A program made the position numbers and the translations under genes. A stretch of 64,000 nucleotides of DNA from Hydrolagus affinis (Eukaryota). The notes below the pieces were generated by a model. The model was not told the origin of the DNA. It saw nothing but the letters and a program-made list of their open reading frames with translations, and ran no database searches. The stretch lies in contig JAAILG010000175.1 of NCBI GenBank assembly GCA_012026655.1, positions 62,001 to 126,000 of the forward strand, written 5' to 3'. Below are positions 1-11,929 of this stretch, in pieces (position 1 is the first letter of the stretch; each line of letters starts with the position of its first letter).

Positions 1-134
1 TTATGCCTCATCACCAAACAGCTGATTGCTGGCACATGTTTGCTCCTTCATACATTTCGACAACTTTAGACAAAATTTACGAAGGCGCAAATAGGTGCCA
101 GCGATCATCTTGGAATTCTATCCCCCAATCCCTT

Positions 135-234
135 NNNNNNNNNNNNNNNNNNNNNNNNNNNNNNNNNNNNNNNNNNNNNNNNNNNNNNNNNNNNNNNNNN
201 NNNNNNNNNNNNNNNNNNNNNNNNNNNNNNNNNN
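135..234. other. Assembly gap (100 N)
   Basis: Run of exactly 100 N. Confidence 0.99.
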
Positions 235-411
235 CCTCTTCGACCGTGCCTTTTGTTCCACCCCGAATTTTTCGACCTCCCATTCGTGTTTCACCCCCGC
301 CCAAACACTCCCCTCCCAGCTCGGGTCATACTCCCCCTGTGCAGCGCCTTGGGACGTCCTCCCGACGTGAAAGGCGCTCTATAAATGTAATTTGTTGTTG
401 TTGTTGTTGTT
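235..411 (+). mobile_element. L2 LINE 3' end, tail type A, cut by the gap
   Basis: CTCTTCGACCGTGCCTTT ORF2-end-like sequence, then GCGCCTTGGGACGTCCTCCCGACGTGAAAGGCGCTCTATAAATGTAATT and a (GTT)n tail; the same tail recurs many times in the window. Confidence 0.8.
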
Positions 412-412
412 T

Positions 413-712
413 GGTGACGCAGCGTGAGGGAGGAAGAGGCCTTTCTGGTAATCCCGCCCCCTCATCTGAATGACTCTGCCCCCCCTCTCGTCACTTTATT
501 AAACATTAATTTTAATTTTCAATACTAGTAGTGTTGTTTTTGCTCTTAATTTAATATTAGTGTATTAAAATTTAGACCAGAAATGTATCAAAGGAATGTA
601 ACCCCTATTTATATCATTAGGCCTATGTAATTTAGGTTTCTCCATACGTCGTTTCAATTAAAGTCGCGTTTTTCAAGAACACATCCCCAACTTTAATTGA
701 GGAGTCCCAGTA
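413..712. mobile_element. Probable Tc1/mariner-pogo (Tigger-like) non-autonomous element, right end
   Basis: Ends in TCAATTAAAGT...ACTTTAATTGAGGAGTCCCAGTA, an internal inverted repeat plus terminal TA that resembles Tigger-type termini; left end not visible. Confidence 0.4.
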
Positions 713-937
713 CAGTCAATTTACTTTACAGCATCAAAGTAAAAGCTCCAGTTCTGATGAAGGGTTGTAGACCCGAAACTTTGACTCACTTTCCTTTCTC
801 CATGGATGCTGCCTGACCTGCTGAGTTTTCCCAGCAACTTCTGTTTTTGTTACTTTCCAGCATATTCGGTGAAGCACTTTGAGATAAGACGAAGATGTGA
901 TAATGCGCTTTATCAAAATGCAAGGATTATTATTATT
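712..937 (+). mobile_element. SINE 3' tail interrupted by a Penelope-like insertion
   Basis: ACAGTCAATTTACTTTACAGCAT, then the insert, then ATTCGGTGAAGCACTTTGAG...AAATGCAAGGATTATTATTATT. Confidence 0.75.
745..863 (+). mobile_element. Penelope-like terminal repeat fragment with hammerhead ribozyme core
   Basis: CTGATGA-A-GGGT(tgtag)ACCC-GAAAC followed by GATGCTGCCTGACCTGCTGAG; near-identical copy on the minus strand at 46260-46398. Confidence 0.65.
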
Positions 938-1789
938 GTAAGGGGTTATAACCTCTCTTGTGTTTAAGTAAACATTCTCCTCCGACTATTTGACAGATTT
1001 AAATAAAGATGCAAAAGATTTTGTGGTGGAAATGGATAGCAAAAGCATAAATTCGCACTTGTTCCAGTACAATTTTAACATGGCCACAAAATCGTGCTTA
1101 TTCCAAGTAGGAGTGGTTAAAGCAACACACGAGAGGAGAGAGAGCACTAGGCAGCCTGGCTGTTGGACATATTTTTATACCACCACAAATTCAGTACTTG
1201 GAGCCTTCCAGTCCTGGTCTAGCAGTAACTTCACCTTTAGACAGTTCAAAATAAACTGAGCTGTTTGCTTATTTTGAAACCTATAAATTAGTAGTGTTTA
1301 TAGTGGCAATTGAATGAGGAATTGAAATTTTTCTTTGGTGTCTTGGCTCCCATCTGCCACTATAAACAAGGTAACAAAGAGGCAGGTTTCATTCTGTTGC
1401 TGTGAATTGCTAAGCTGCTGGCAGCTTCCTGCACAGATTCCAACACCGTCTGTCTCCAGGATATAGTTTCAAAAATAACTCCACTTTGTTTGCACATGTT
1501 AAGAGAGGTTTAAATTTTTTTAAAAAAGAAAACAGAGGAGTTTAGCTGAGTTAAGCATGATTGTTAGAGCATGGTACATAATCTCCAGTTCTTTTTAGGA
1601 TAAAGAACTTGACAGAGCAGTTGGTGAGAGTTGATGCATAGAATTCTAAGCAAAACACTATATATAAAGGCTGCTATATAAATGCACAAGCTGTTGTTAT
1701 TGTTGTTTTACAGAGAGCCTGGATTTGCAACAATGGAAACTTTTTCTAAGGAAGTGATCATGATGCATTCAAAGAGCTAACAGGAGAAT

Positions 1790-1975
1790 CCAATACATGC
1801 CAATGCAGTGCTGCATTGTTGGAGGTGACATCCTTTGGATAAGATGTTAAACAGGAGTTTAACATCTTATCCAAAGTCTGTTCAGGTGAATGGTAAAGAT
1901 CCCAAGGCACTATTTGAAAAGAGAAGGGAGTTTCTCCAGGTGTCCTGGTCAACAATCCACAAAATAAAATTGATC
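1790..1975 (+). mobile_element. Old Deu-domain SINE fragment
   Basis: GGAGGTGACATCCTTTGGATAAGATGTTAAAC...CAGGTG...AAAGATCCCAAGGCACTATTTGAAAAGAGAAGGGAGTTTCTCC..TGTCCTGG matches the Deu domain as I recall it and other copies in this window. Confidence 0.7.
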
Positions 1976-2017
1976 CCTCACTTCATGGTTGCTTATAAGA
2001 TCTTTATAAACAATAGT

Positions 2018-2311
2018 CAAGTTCCTTTACTCCACACAAGTCTGTTTACCTAGAAGTAAGTACAAACCCGATTGTTAGTTGGTTGGCGGTTCGCTTTTCG
2101 GGGGGTAATAATCCCTTCAAAACAAATAATAATTTGGTCACTCAATCCACCGACTGTTTTATCAGACACTGCTGTGCATAATTGGCTGCCGTTTCCGTCC
2201 ACGAAATATACAGACAATTTACTTCACAATATATTCTGTGAAGCAATTTGAGAAATCTTGAAGACGTGATAAAGCTCCATATCAAATGCGAGGATTATTA
2301 TTATTATTATT
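2018..2311 (+). mobile_element. tRNA-derived SINE, long variant, 5'-truncated
   Basis: Matches 24511-24866, including the TCTGTTTACC..GAAGTAA..AACCC..TTGTTAG segment, Deu 3' part and (ATT)n tail. Confidence 0.8.
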
Positions 2312-2426
2312 GGTGAGCGCAAATTGGCTGCTACATTCACCTATAAATGCACTGTGCTGTAAAACACTTTGAGACATCCTCCTGACGTGAAAGCTGTGGT
2401 ATCAAATGCAACGATTATTATTATTT
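2312..2426 (+). mobile_element. SINE tail-only copy directly after the preceding (ATT)n tail
   Basis: GCGCAAATTGGCTGC...CACTTTGAGACATCC...ATCAAATGCAACGATTATTATT. Confidence 0.7.
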
Positions 2427-2670
2427 TATCTGATCGGGTTTGATATTTTATAGCAAACAACATTCTCCAGCCCTGTTATCTATTTTGCTTGGATCTGGTT
2501 TGGATCCAGTGTACCTCAATTTTCATCCAAATAAGTAGAGCCTAGTGGCTCTTTTACCTATGTTCCATTGTCCATTGTGTGTTTGGTTAACAATCCTAAT
2601 CCTGAATACCTACCCACATCTTTCCAATCCTACTCATTTGAGTTCTCGAGTTGTGACCATTTTTGGAGAT

Positions 2671-3000
2671 AATAATAATAACATAATCCTTGCATTTGAC
2701 ATAGCACTTTTCACATCTTATCAATGTCTCAATGCACTTCACAGAATCTACTGTCAAGTAAATTGACTGTATATTTATGGGTGAAATGCAGCAGCCAATT
2801 GCACACAGCAGTGTCCCACAAGCAGTCGTGGATTGAAATTACCAATTTTTTTTTATTATGTGTTTTTTTTTACTGAATATTATTATTAGGCATGTGGAGT
2901 AAGGAAACTTGCCCAAGGTTTCACTCTGATCTGCCTGGATTCGAACACAGGTCTCACGCTTGTAAGGCGAGTGCTCTAACCACTGAGCTACAGGAGCTCC
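2671..3000 (-). mobile_element. Full-length tRNA-derived SINE, short variant
   Basis: Reverse complement begins GGAGCTCCTGTAGCTCAGTGGTTAGAGCAC (A box), has GTTCGAATCC (B box), the Deu-like TGCTGTGTGCAATTGGCTGC, an L2-like tail and (ATT)n. Confidence 0.9.
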
Positions 3001-3587
3001 ACTATATATATACATATATACATATATATATACACACCATAAATCTTGTGTCAGTCTAGCACTAAACAAGTACTACATCTCTTTCAGTAGGAATGTATTA
3101 GAAGCTCCAAGCTGTATCCAGCAGCAGAGGGTTGATTTTGCATTCATACTTCAAGCACCAGCAGTGTCAGAAGTTATACTCAGCTCTTTGTTACCCTCTT
3201 TTTGGACTCAGAGCCTGTTCCTCTGAGAATGACCGATTAATTTGAGATCTGTGTAATAATGTAAAATAATCCTGACAATTAACATAAGGCCTCATCGGAT
3301 CAAAATGTCTTAAAAGTGCTTCTTAGAGTTTTCTGTATTGTGTAATGACTTGCATCTGTGTGTATGTTACGGTACAATTATGAAACCAGGGATTAACGTA
3401 ATCCCTGAAATTTTCAGTTAAATTGTGAAACAATGAAATCACTGAAATTAGAAATCAGGGATTTCCTGAAAAATGATCATTTTATCGCATTGATAACCTG
3501 GGCTTGACACTTGTTAGCAATATCAAAAAATAAATAACACGTAATGAAAATTAAGATTTTATTCACCATAAGAAGATTATTCAATGA

Positions 3588-3800
3588 CAACTTGGTGAGA
3601 TGGATCTGGTACACCATAATCCACTTGAAGTTTGAGTGTGACATAGACTGCATTATCAATTAGATCAATTTGACCCCTGGACATAAACTCTGTAGTGAGA
3701 CACACAACAAGCCTCTTTATCTTATCCTTCTTCCTCTTCTTCTGGCACTCATCACAGAAATGCTTGAATAATTCTAACGCTTTGGTCTTATGTCATGTAT
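3588..3800 (-). pseudogene. KRBA2/Ginger-type integrase fragment (end of Zn-binding region and start of catalytic core)
   Basis: Translates, with frameshifts, as KALELFKHFCDECQKKRKK...EFMSRGQIDLID/MQSMSHSNFKWIMVYQIHLTKL, compared with the family motif RGQVDLIDMQ...FKWIMVYQDHLTKF. Confidence 0.8.
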
Positions 3801-3901
3801 TTGTTACTTGTCCATCCATCGGAGGTTCAAACAAACAGACAGACAAACAATAATAAGTATTACACTCACCAATGAAATTCTATGCTAATTATTATTTCTT
3901 T

Positions 3902-4289
3902 AGGTATGAAGTCTTGCCATGTGGTGACGTGGAGAAGCTAATCAACCCTGAGGAAGTCCATCTGTACTATATCACCATTGAGGAGACATTTGATGTCATC
4001 AAATTTGTACATATTGCCACTGGCCATGGGGAGCATGATTGCATGATTAAAGAGCACAATGCAAATACACCAATGTCCCAAACCAAAGCACTAGAATTAT
4101 TCAAGTCTCCTGCCTCAAGCAGAAGTCTGTGAGACTCCCTGAAGCTGTCACTGCTGTTTGTAGTGGACAAGGCTTTATGAAGTGTAACTGCGGTCAGAGA
4201 AATGTCAGATCAACCATTGTAAATGCTTCAAAGCAAAGTTAAAATGTATCTTTCGGTGTCATGGAAACCTCATTTGTGTTAACAAATGA
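3902..4289 (+). pseudogene. KRBA2/Ginger-type integrase fragments (HH Zn-binding region joined to Cys-rich C-terminus; core deleted)
   Basis: YYITIEETFDVIKFVHIATGHG..CMIKE...KALELFKS, then GQGFMKCNC../KCQINHCKCFKAKLKCIFRCHGNLICVNK*. Confidence 0.8.
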
Positions 4290-6837
4290 ATATTTGACTT
4301 ATCTGTGAATGAAATGTCACATGAAGTTTATGGTGAATGAAATATAAATTTTCATAATGTGTTATTTACTTGTTGATAATGCTAACAAATGTCAATGGCA
4401 GGTTATCAATATGATGAAATGATCACTTATTTGTGAAATCACAGGTTTCACAATTTTACTGAAAATTTCAGTGATTTTGTGAAATCCCTGGTTTCACAAC
4501 TTTACTGCAACATACTGCATATAGCCCTGACCTCGGCAGGCATTCTCCTAAGTGCATTTACAGAATTCTACTCACCTGAATTGTGGTAAACATTTAGAGT
4601 TGGGTATCTGCTTGTTTGGGTAGTGTTGTTTATGATACTTTTACACTGCCTTTGAGAGAAGCAGTTTAAAAGTAAAACATTTCAAACGTATTTTGAAGAA
4701 TGAGACCCACTGACTCTTTAATAACACTTAAAAAAAACCACAAAGGTCAATTCGGTGAGGGTGCAGAAACTTTCTAAACTCACATTTCTAAATCAAATGG
4801 TTCACATTACAATGAACAGTTAGATTCCAGCCAGATAGAAGCTAATCAGACACCGCCCGTCATGGAGGGCGCTGTATAAATGCAAGTTGTTGTTGTAATG
4901 GATGTGAGACTACATCCCTTTGGTGTGGTGTCACACACTTGTCTGATACTCAGACTAGAGTTGGCATTGATTTGATGCACAAATCCCATCAAGTCACACA
5001 AGCTGTACTGTACAGCTGAACCAGTAAAACATTACTCTGGCTCAGAGTAATGCTTCTTCCCTATAGATCCACAAGGCTCAATCCTATTGATTAATATTTT
5101 TATACATGTATATCCTGCATATATGAGCTGATTGTTTATGAGAGCCTAAATGAGAAAAGGAGCAAATATTTATAACATCTATTGCTAAATCAATGAAAAC
5201 TGTATTGTATTGGATATTAAAAGTGATTGTCTCCCACACTAAAGCACATAGATCTGTGTATTAGAAATAATTCTTGTAATTGATGGAGCACCTTTTCACA
5301 TCAAAATATCTCAAAGTGCTTCATGGCATCAAATGCAAAACAAAAAGGAGTTTGCTCATGTCTGGACATATCTTCTTTGTTCAAGTAGTTATGTTTATAC
5401 GGTGCCTATTTTTCAGTACGTTGATAGGCTCATATATTGTTTTTGTTTGTATGTTAGTTGTGGTTCTTAGCTGCTAGTTCTAAAGTCTATACCATTCCAG
5501 CCAGCCTCAGTTTATTTGCGTGGTGCTCTTTAGGATGCTTTAATACTACATTTGGAAATTTAACACAGTTTAATTTTTGATTGAAAAAAAAGCCATGTTT
5601 TCAGATGCATCTTGAAGAATGCGTTGAATTACATGCTGATTTTTTGTGTGTTTTTTCTAAACTATCTTTTTTAAAAAACCCTCAATACTTAATAATATTG
5701 CAAAAAATACAAAAGATTTTCTCTTTTCTCATGTTATCCAAAAGACAAGGATCTGCAGATTCTGGAAACAGCAAGGGGCTTTGATGCTCAGAGTGTTAAA
5801 AGTAATTGAAAGATCTGATATGTATAGATTTTATGATGCTTCACCAGGTTCCTCTCCAATGTGTCGGTGCGCAGAAGAGAAAGACCAACATTAGTCGTGC
5901 TGTCTGTGGCAGCGGTTCTATTTCTTTGTAATTCTGCAACAAAAAATCCTTTCCATCAAGTCACAATTTTATTACCTGAAAAAAAGACCCCTAAGGTTAA
6001 AAAAAGCGTGTGAGTGCTATAAACTCAGACACGGTAATGCGCAGTATGATCACTTTAACTAGAATGTGACTGATTTCTAATTTAATAGACCAATAAAACT
6101 CGCATCCAGCTTGTTAACTCTGGCGTGCAACCCTGAATTTGTGCTGCTGTTCAGATTCCTGGCAGCAAGTGGTTCAATGGCATGTTGTAAAATATCCTAG
6201 AGTCCTGTAAAGCTGCCCATTAATTACAGGCTACAGCAAAAAACTTACGCAAAATTGATTTCTTTGAGCCTCACTAGCATTTTGTCAACCAGATATGACA
6301 AGGCTGCAGTCTTTCATTGTCCAGTAAATATTGCAAACTGCTGACCTCACTTAACCATACCTGCTTCAAACCATACTTCTGCTTAAAGCTGACATGAATG
6401 ATTATTTTTCTTAGAAAGTGACAGAAAATACTGTGCTCTGGAATGTATTTTAATATGCACTGATTAGATTTCACTGTGTATAAGTACCATTTCCTTGAAA
6501 TATCAGCATGGATAATCCTGTGCTGAAAGCCACTTTTGTTAGATTTTTAAAATTAATTCATGAATCATCTTAGGGTTTCCTGAATTTTCTGGACCCAGTC
6601 AAAATGTCATTTAATTGTTTATACAATTCGTAATTATCACTCTTTATCATTCTTATCACTATAGAAAGATTAAAGATTTAACCAGTCTCTGCCATACATC
6701 GTACAGACATGGAGATCTCTGGTTTATCCAGGTCTGTGCTGTGCTGGCTGATCAGATCTGGGGCATTCGTTGAGGTATCACAATTGGCCTGGGATGGGAA
6801 TAGTAAAATTCATTCAGTGTTTTGCTCCTGCTTACTA

Positions 6838-7270
6838 CAACAATAACAAATTGCATTTATACAGAGTCTTTCGTGTCAGGATGACACCCCAAGTCCCCAG
6901 ACAGTCAAGAGTTTGCACCCAAGCAGGATTGAAATCAAGAGGGTTGGAGGCCAAGGAGGATGCAGCTGGAAGGTCAAAGAGAAAGATGTTGAGTCAGGCT
7001 TGCACAAGTTAAGGAGGGTGGGTGCAAGATAAAGGGATCCTGGGTTGGAGTTTCAAAGGGTGGGGGCAGAAAAGCTGCAGGCTCAACTGACGATGGTGGA
7101 TAGGGCAGGAGATGTGATGTAGGCCAGTGCCCATTGGGCAGAGGGTAGCAGGATGGTTGTTAAGATTGGTTAGTAGGAGGGAAGGAGGAGGTGAGATAAC
7201 AATAACACAATTGTGGTTCGTGGTCTTGAGACTGAAATTAATACTATACAGAAATCCTTACAGAAAAATT
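6838..7270 (-). mobile_element. Diverged L2 3' fragment
   Basis: (AAC)n tail plus TTGCATTTATACAGAGTCTTTCGTGTCAGGA, followed by a purine-rich body like the other minus-strand L2 copies. Confidence 0.6.
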
Positions 7271-7799
7271 CATTGGTGTGATCACTGGGTGGGAATAGGA
7301 TTAGTGTATCCCCCACAGTTGCATAGCCGGACAGCACTCACTATCTGGCTTACCCATGAAGAATATAGGAGGACCACTGCCATCTCTTGACTCACATTCC
7401 AGCAAGAATCAGCACCTTCAACAAGAATAGTAGAAATTGCACAAAAATAAAAAGTTATTTTAAGCAAATTACTACTGATCCAACCCTATTCTTGAATTGG
7501 TATCGGAGTTTAAAGTGCAAGAGTTTATAATTTGAATTCAGAAGGCAATGTTTCATCTGGTTTTAGATTTCCTCTGCTATCTTAGAATTTCAGATTATCC
7601 TGAATTTGTCAAATTCTAGAATTCAGTTTATACTTTTATTTTCTGGAGTTGTAAAAGGACATTTTCAGAAACCGAGATCCCCAAATCGTAAGACTGTATT
7701 TAAGCATTTCCCAAATTTTAGATGCTCTAAAGTGTTAAGTCAACAGAATAAATCTAGATCCAGGTGGAATTTCTAGCCAAAAGTTGCAAACTTTTCTGT

Positions 7800-8100
7800 T
7801 TAGGTGGACATTATCATCAACAACAAGAATATAGGAGATATTAATAGGTATTTAGATATTTTATGTCCTTTGATAGGACATTAAAGATCCCATGGCACAA
7901 CTTGAAAGCAAAAGGGCTTTCTTTTGGTGTCTTGGATAGCAATTTCCAAATAAAATTGATTATTCACTCACTAGATTGGCTGTTTGCAGGACATATATAT
8001 GTGCAAATTGACTGCTGTTTTTGCCTGAAAAATACTCAGTCATCCTACGAAGTACTTTGAAATGTTCTCCTGATGTGAATGGTACTATAGCAAATGCAAT
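7800..8100 (+). mobile_element. Old Deu-domain SINE fragment
   Basis: TTAAAGATCCCATGGCAC...GTGCAAATTGACTGC...ACTTTGAAATGTTCTCCTGATGTGAA. Confidence 0.6.
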
Positions 8101-10279
8101 GGTGTAGAAAGCAACTCTTGAGAATAACTGGAAGCACATCACTCTAACCCATTTGGATGTGGCTGTAGATTTTTAAATCCGCATTGATTATACTGTGAAG
8201 ACATTTAAATTTGCTATTTAGAAAATGATCAATTAGAAAATGTGAATGTGTTTTCTTGTTGTCAGAATTTGGGGTAGGATAGGACTGATGTGAGTCTGTT
8301 TCTATAAACTGATGATTTACTGCAGTGAACCATTTTTTAAATGAAACAACCAAGTATCAAATTCTATAGCAATATATTCGAACAATGTAGAAATTCACAT
8401 AAGATTACATTTTTCATATAACAACAATTTTGTAGGTTGGAATTTTGAAAACATCTCACATCAGGAAACAAAATATTACAGGTTAGTCAGTCACTGTGGC
8501 CTATTATTCTTCCCATTTGGCACCTATTAACCCTGTAAGTTACAACTCTAATGGATAAGATAATAATCCTGGCAGTAGTGTCTAGTGTTTTATCATATCA
8601 TTGAGATGCCTTAAAGCACTTTATAGAATTTATAGACTATGTATTTGTAGGCAAACAATATCCATTATTTTAAAAACACCTTGTTGTTTAAAAAATGAAT
8701 TAGGAAAATCGAGATGAACTTAGGTGAGTGGGCAAGCAGTGACATTGTTCACAATGGAAAACTGCTTGGTTTTAGCTGGTTGAACTCCAGCAGTAACTCA
8801 ACATCCACCCTAGGGTCACATAGCCTTGGCTCTTGCAAACTTGTGTTTAATACTCTCCAGAAGTAAGTGTTGTTCCACTCATTTTTGATCTAACACCCAT
8901 TCTAGTTTTGATTGATTTCCTCAGTTCTTAGTGTGCTTTTCCCATATGCAAGAACTTGATGCCCTGTTTCAGTGCCTTGGGACGTCTTCCTGACGTGAAA
9001 GGTGCTTTACAAATGTAATTTTGTTGTTGTTTTGATGGAAGGAAGTGACTAACAAAAGGTCAGGCTGAGCCATTGCCTAGAGACTCCTATTGTTGGAAAT
9101 ACTACACATTTATATTGATTCTATTCATTTTAGAATCTGATACCTGCTATCCACGAGAAAGTATTACACCTCTGCTCAATATTTTTCCTACCACATCACC
9201 ACAAGACCTGGCCTTGGGTTGTAAGGTCACCAAGAATGTGAACATTACATAAAAAAGCCTGTGTCATCCTATTCAGTGGTCCTACACATTAGTACAATGT
9301 GGCTAAGAATGCTTCAAAATACCTATATTATTTGGAGAAAAGTGATAAGAGATACTGGGTTGTGCTATGCTTGCTGCTGTTTAGCTGGAGCTGTACGGAT
9401 CCTTACAACAAGTCGAATCGTTTTTCAGATTCACATGCTCTCATATATCTTTTCCAGGGTTAAACAATCAGCGAGAATGCGAAGAAGTACAATAATAACA
9501 CAAGGAAATCAAAGCGAATGCAGAGCTCTTTTCAAATTATTGGCGAGAATTGCAGTAGGATTGGTGGGCGTGCTTCATTCACTTTCTGTCAATGTCAGGG
9601 TCTCATCTGTGTGAAAAGTGAAATGCCATCCTATTACCAATCATTAGGAAGAGTGACAGCATCATTTGTCAGGAACCAGACAACATTGCAGCTGCTGTGC
9701 TTTTCCCATTTTCAGAGGAGAAAATTGGCTCATTATAGCCCCAGGCAGCAACAGTGCTCTTTCAAGCAAATCTGTCCCTGTGCGGAATGGCTATTATCTT
9801 TCTGGTTAAAAAAAGGGAAAGAAACCTTGCAGAAGTCAGCAACTCTTCAACTGAATAAGTGGTAAAAGCTCAATAGAAAAGGGTAGTATTTCCAACAATA
9901 GCATTCTTTATGTAAGAAACATCAGGCACTGAGAAAAGGACAGATGACACCAGGTATCAGCTGACCCTATTGCTCTAGGGTATGACCTATGATCCGGGTA
10001 TAATTATTGCCATTGCATCTCTTTTATCTTTCATATGTTCCTTCCTGGTCCAATGCTCAAAGGTGCAGATGGATCATCAGTAAATATTCACTGTGCAGTC
10101 ATATTACAACAAATAAAGCTTACTTTTGCTTTATCAGTGATGGTTAACTTGCCAGCATTTCATTGCTTCGGTCCAATTCATTGCTTCCTCCATCAAAATT
10201 GCTAAACATAGAATAATTTCAAGTTCCATTTTTTTTCTTTTTTTAAAAAAATTGTTTTTTAAACAATAAGTTGTTTTAG

Positions 10280-10668
10280 AATGGAGTTTTAGATCTCATC
10301 CTCACTTTAAAATTTCTCCACGTTCTTACCCCACTGTACTCTCCGTGATCTTACAAAACCATACCAATTCACCCACTCCCTCTACTTGACAGGCATTGCC
10401 TGCTTCATATCCATCATCGATACTCAAGCTTTCTATTCTAATCTCTGGAACTTTATCCTAAAGTCCCTTTATCCTCAACTCTTCCCTTGCCTCCTTCAAG
10501 ATCTGCTCAAGACTCTTTGACCATCCCTTCAGTCACCTTCCCATCCCCAACCCTTTGGCCCGCATCCCACCCGAATCCAACCCCCCACTCAGATACTTGA
10601 TTGCCAAGCACCTTGCAAAATCCTGCCAGTGTGAAAGACATTATATATAAATGTAATTTGTTGTTGTT
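10280..10668 (+). mobile_element. Diverged L2 3' fragment
   Basis: Pyrimidine-rich body with CTCTGGAAC and CCTTCAAG motifs, ending ATATAAATGTAATTTGTTGTTGTT. Confidence 0.6.
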
Positions 10669-11929
10669 AGAAGCAAGAAATAATTATTTAATTTGTGTGG
10701 ACTATGATTGGATTTTCAAATGTGTTTCATTATACTAATCCTTGTATTTGCTAAAGCATATTATTACATCAACAAGGTGTCTCAAAGTGCTTCACAGGAT
10801 ATACCTTAAAGTGGATTGATTGTATTTTCAAAATGCAATTGTGAATTTATATTAATTGATCCATTTGGGGACGTAATAAAGATGCGAGTCCAGTATGAGG
10901 TGAGATACATGCCAATAAAAGCTCAACTGAAGAGGTAGTGGATCAATCAATGGTCAGGCCACAGCAGTAAAGGAGGCTTTTACATCAAATGCACTCACTT
11001 ATAATGGATTTGTCACTGTTATATTATGTAACTGTTGCACTATTTTTCAGCATACAAGTACAATATGTCTCTTTATCACTTAGCCTTCGTCCTGTGAAAT
11101 GATGAGCCTTACACTGTATAACTGCTGCTGTATACCTCCTCATCCATTCAGGTCACAGATGTCCCTCAGAATGGAATGAAAAAAGACTGTGCGCAATAGA
11201 AATTTCTGTTGGTCTCACAGCACGGTAACCATTATAGGGCAAAGACATTCACCATTAGATGTCAGATAAACTGTTAGTCACAGATCTATTAACAGATTCC
11301 CAGTGCCTTGGGACTGAAATGTGAAAGGTGCTCTATAATTGTAATTTTGTTGTTGTTTTTGTATTAGATCTGTGAACTATTCTCTCTGACATGTGATGGT
11401 GGTCACACTTGTGTTGTTCCAATCACATCACACACCACATTCTTTCACCCCCCAAAAAAACCCCAAAACAAATGATAGACATTTTTAACAAATAGATAAT
11501 TGGTAGAAACATTTTTGATCATTTTTTTCTAACTGTCTTATAGGTGGCCACCTGGGAGCACAGTTTAAAATTGACTGGTTCTGCACTTCCTCAGTTGCAA
11601 CACATATTTAAATCTAAAAAAAAATTATATTATAGCCAACCCAAAGACAAAGTGGCCTCAGAGTTTATGCCTTGTGATAAGGTCACTTCCTACTGACCTT
11701 TCTCTGGCATTGCCCAGCTTGTTGGCATGAAAGTGAAGCCTGTGTCTATTGATGCTAGGTCACTAATATTTATTCATTAATATTTATTAAGTAACTTATT
11801 CAACTGGGCAAAGCAAACTCTTTGTGTACAATAAATGGAATGATTCATCCAGTGCCTATAGAAAGGATGAGTCATAGCATAGGTTTTTATACAATACACC
11901 ATTAAGACATTGCATTTGGCCCATAGCTC

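Larger units (their letters stand above)
3365..4512. mobile_element. Rearranged Ginger2/TDD-like (KRBA2-type integrase) DNA transposon relic with about 200-bp inverted ends
   Basis: TGT...ACA termini; 3365-3570 is the degenerate reverse complement of 4330-4512; integrase-type peptides on both strands. Confidence 0.75.

Noticed and set aside
3-473. 156-aa ORF, the longest in the track
   Set aside because: It spans the N gap and an L2 tail; the poly-Cys run is the (GTT)n microsatellite.
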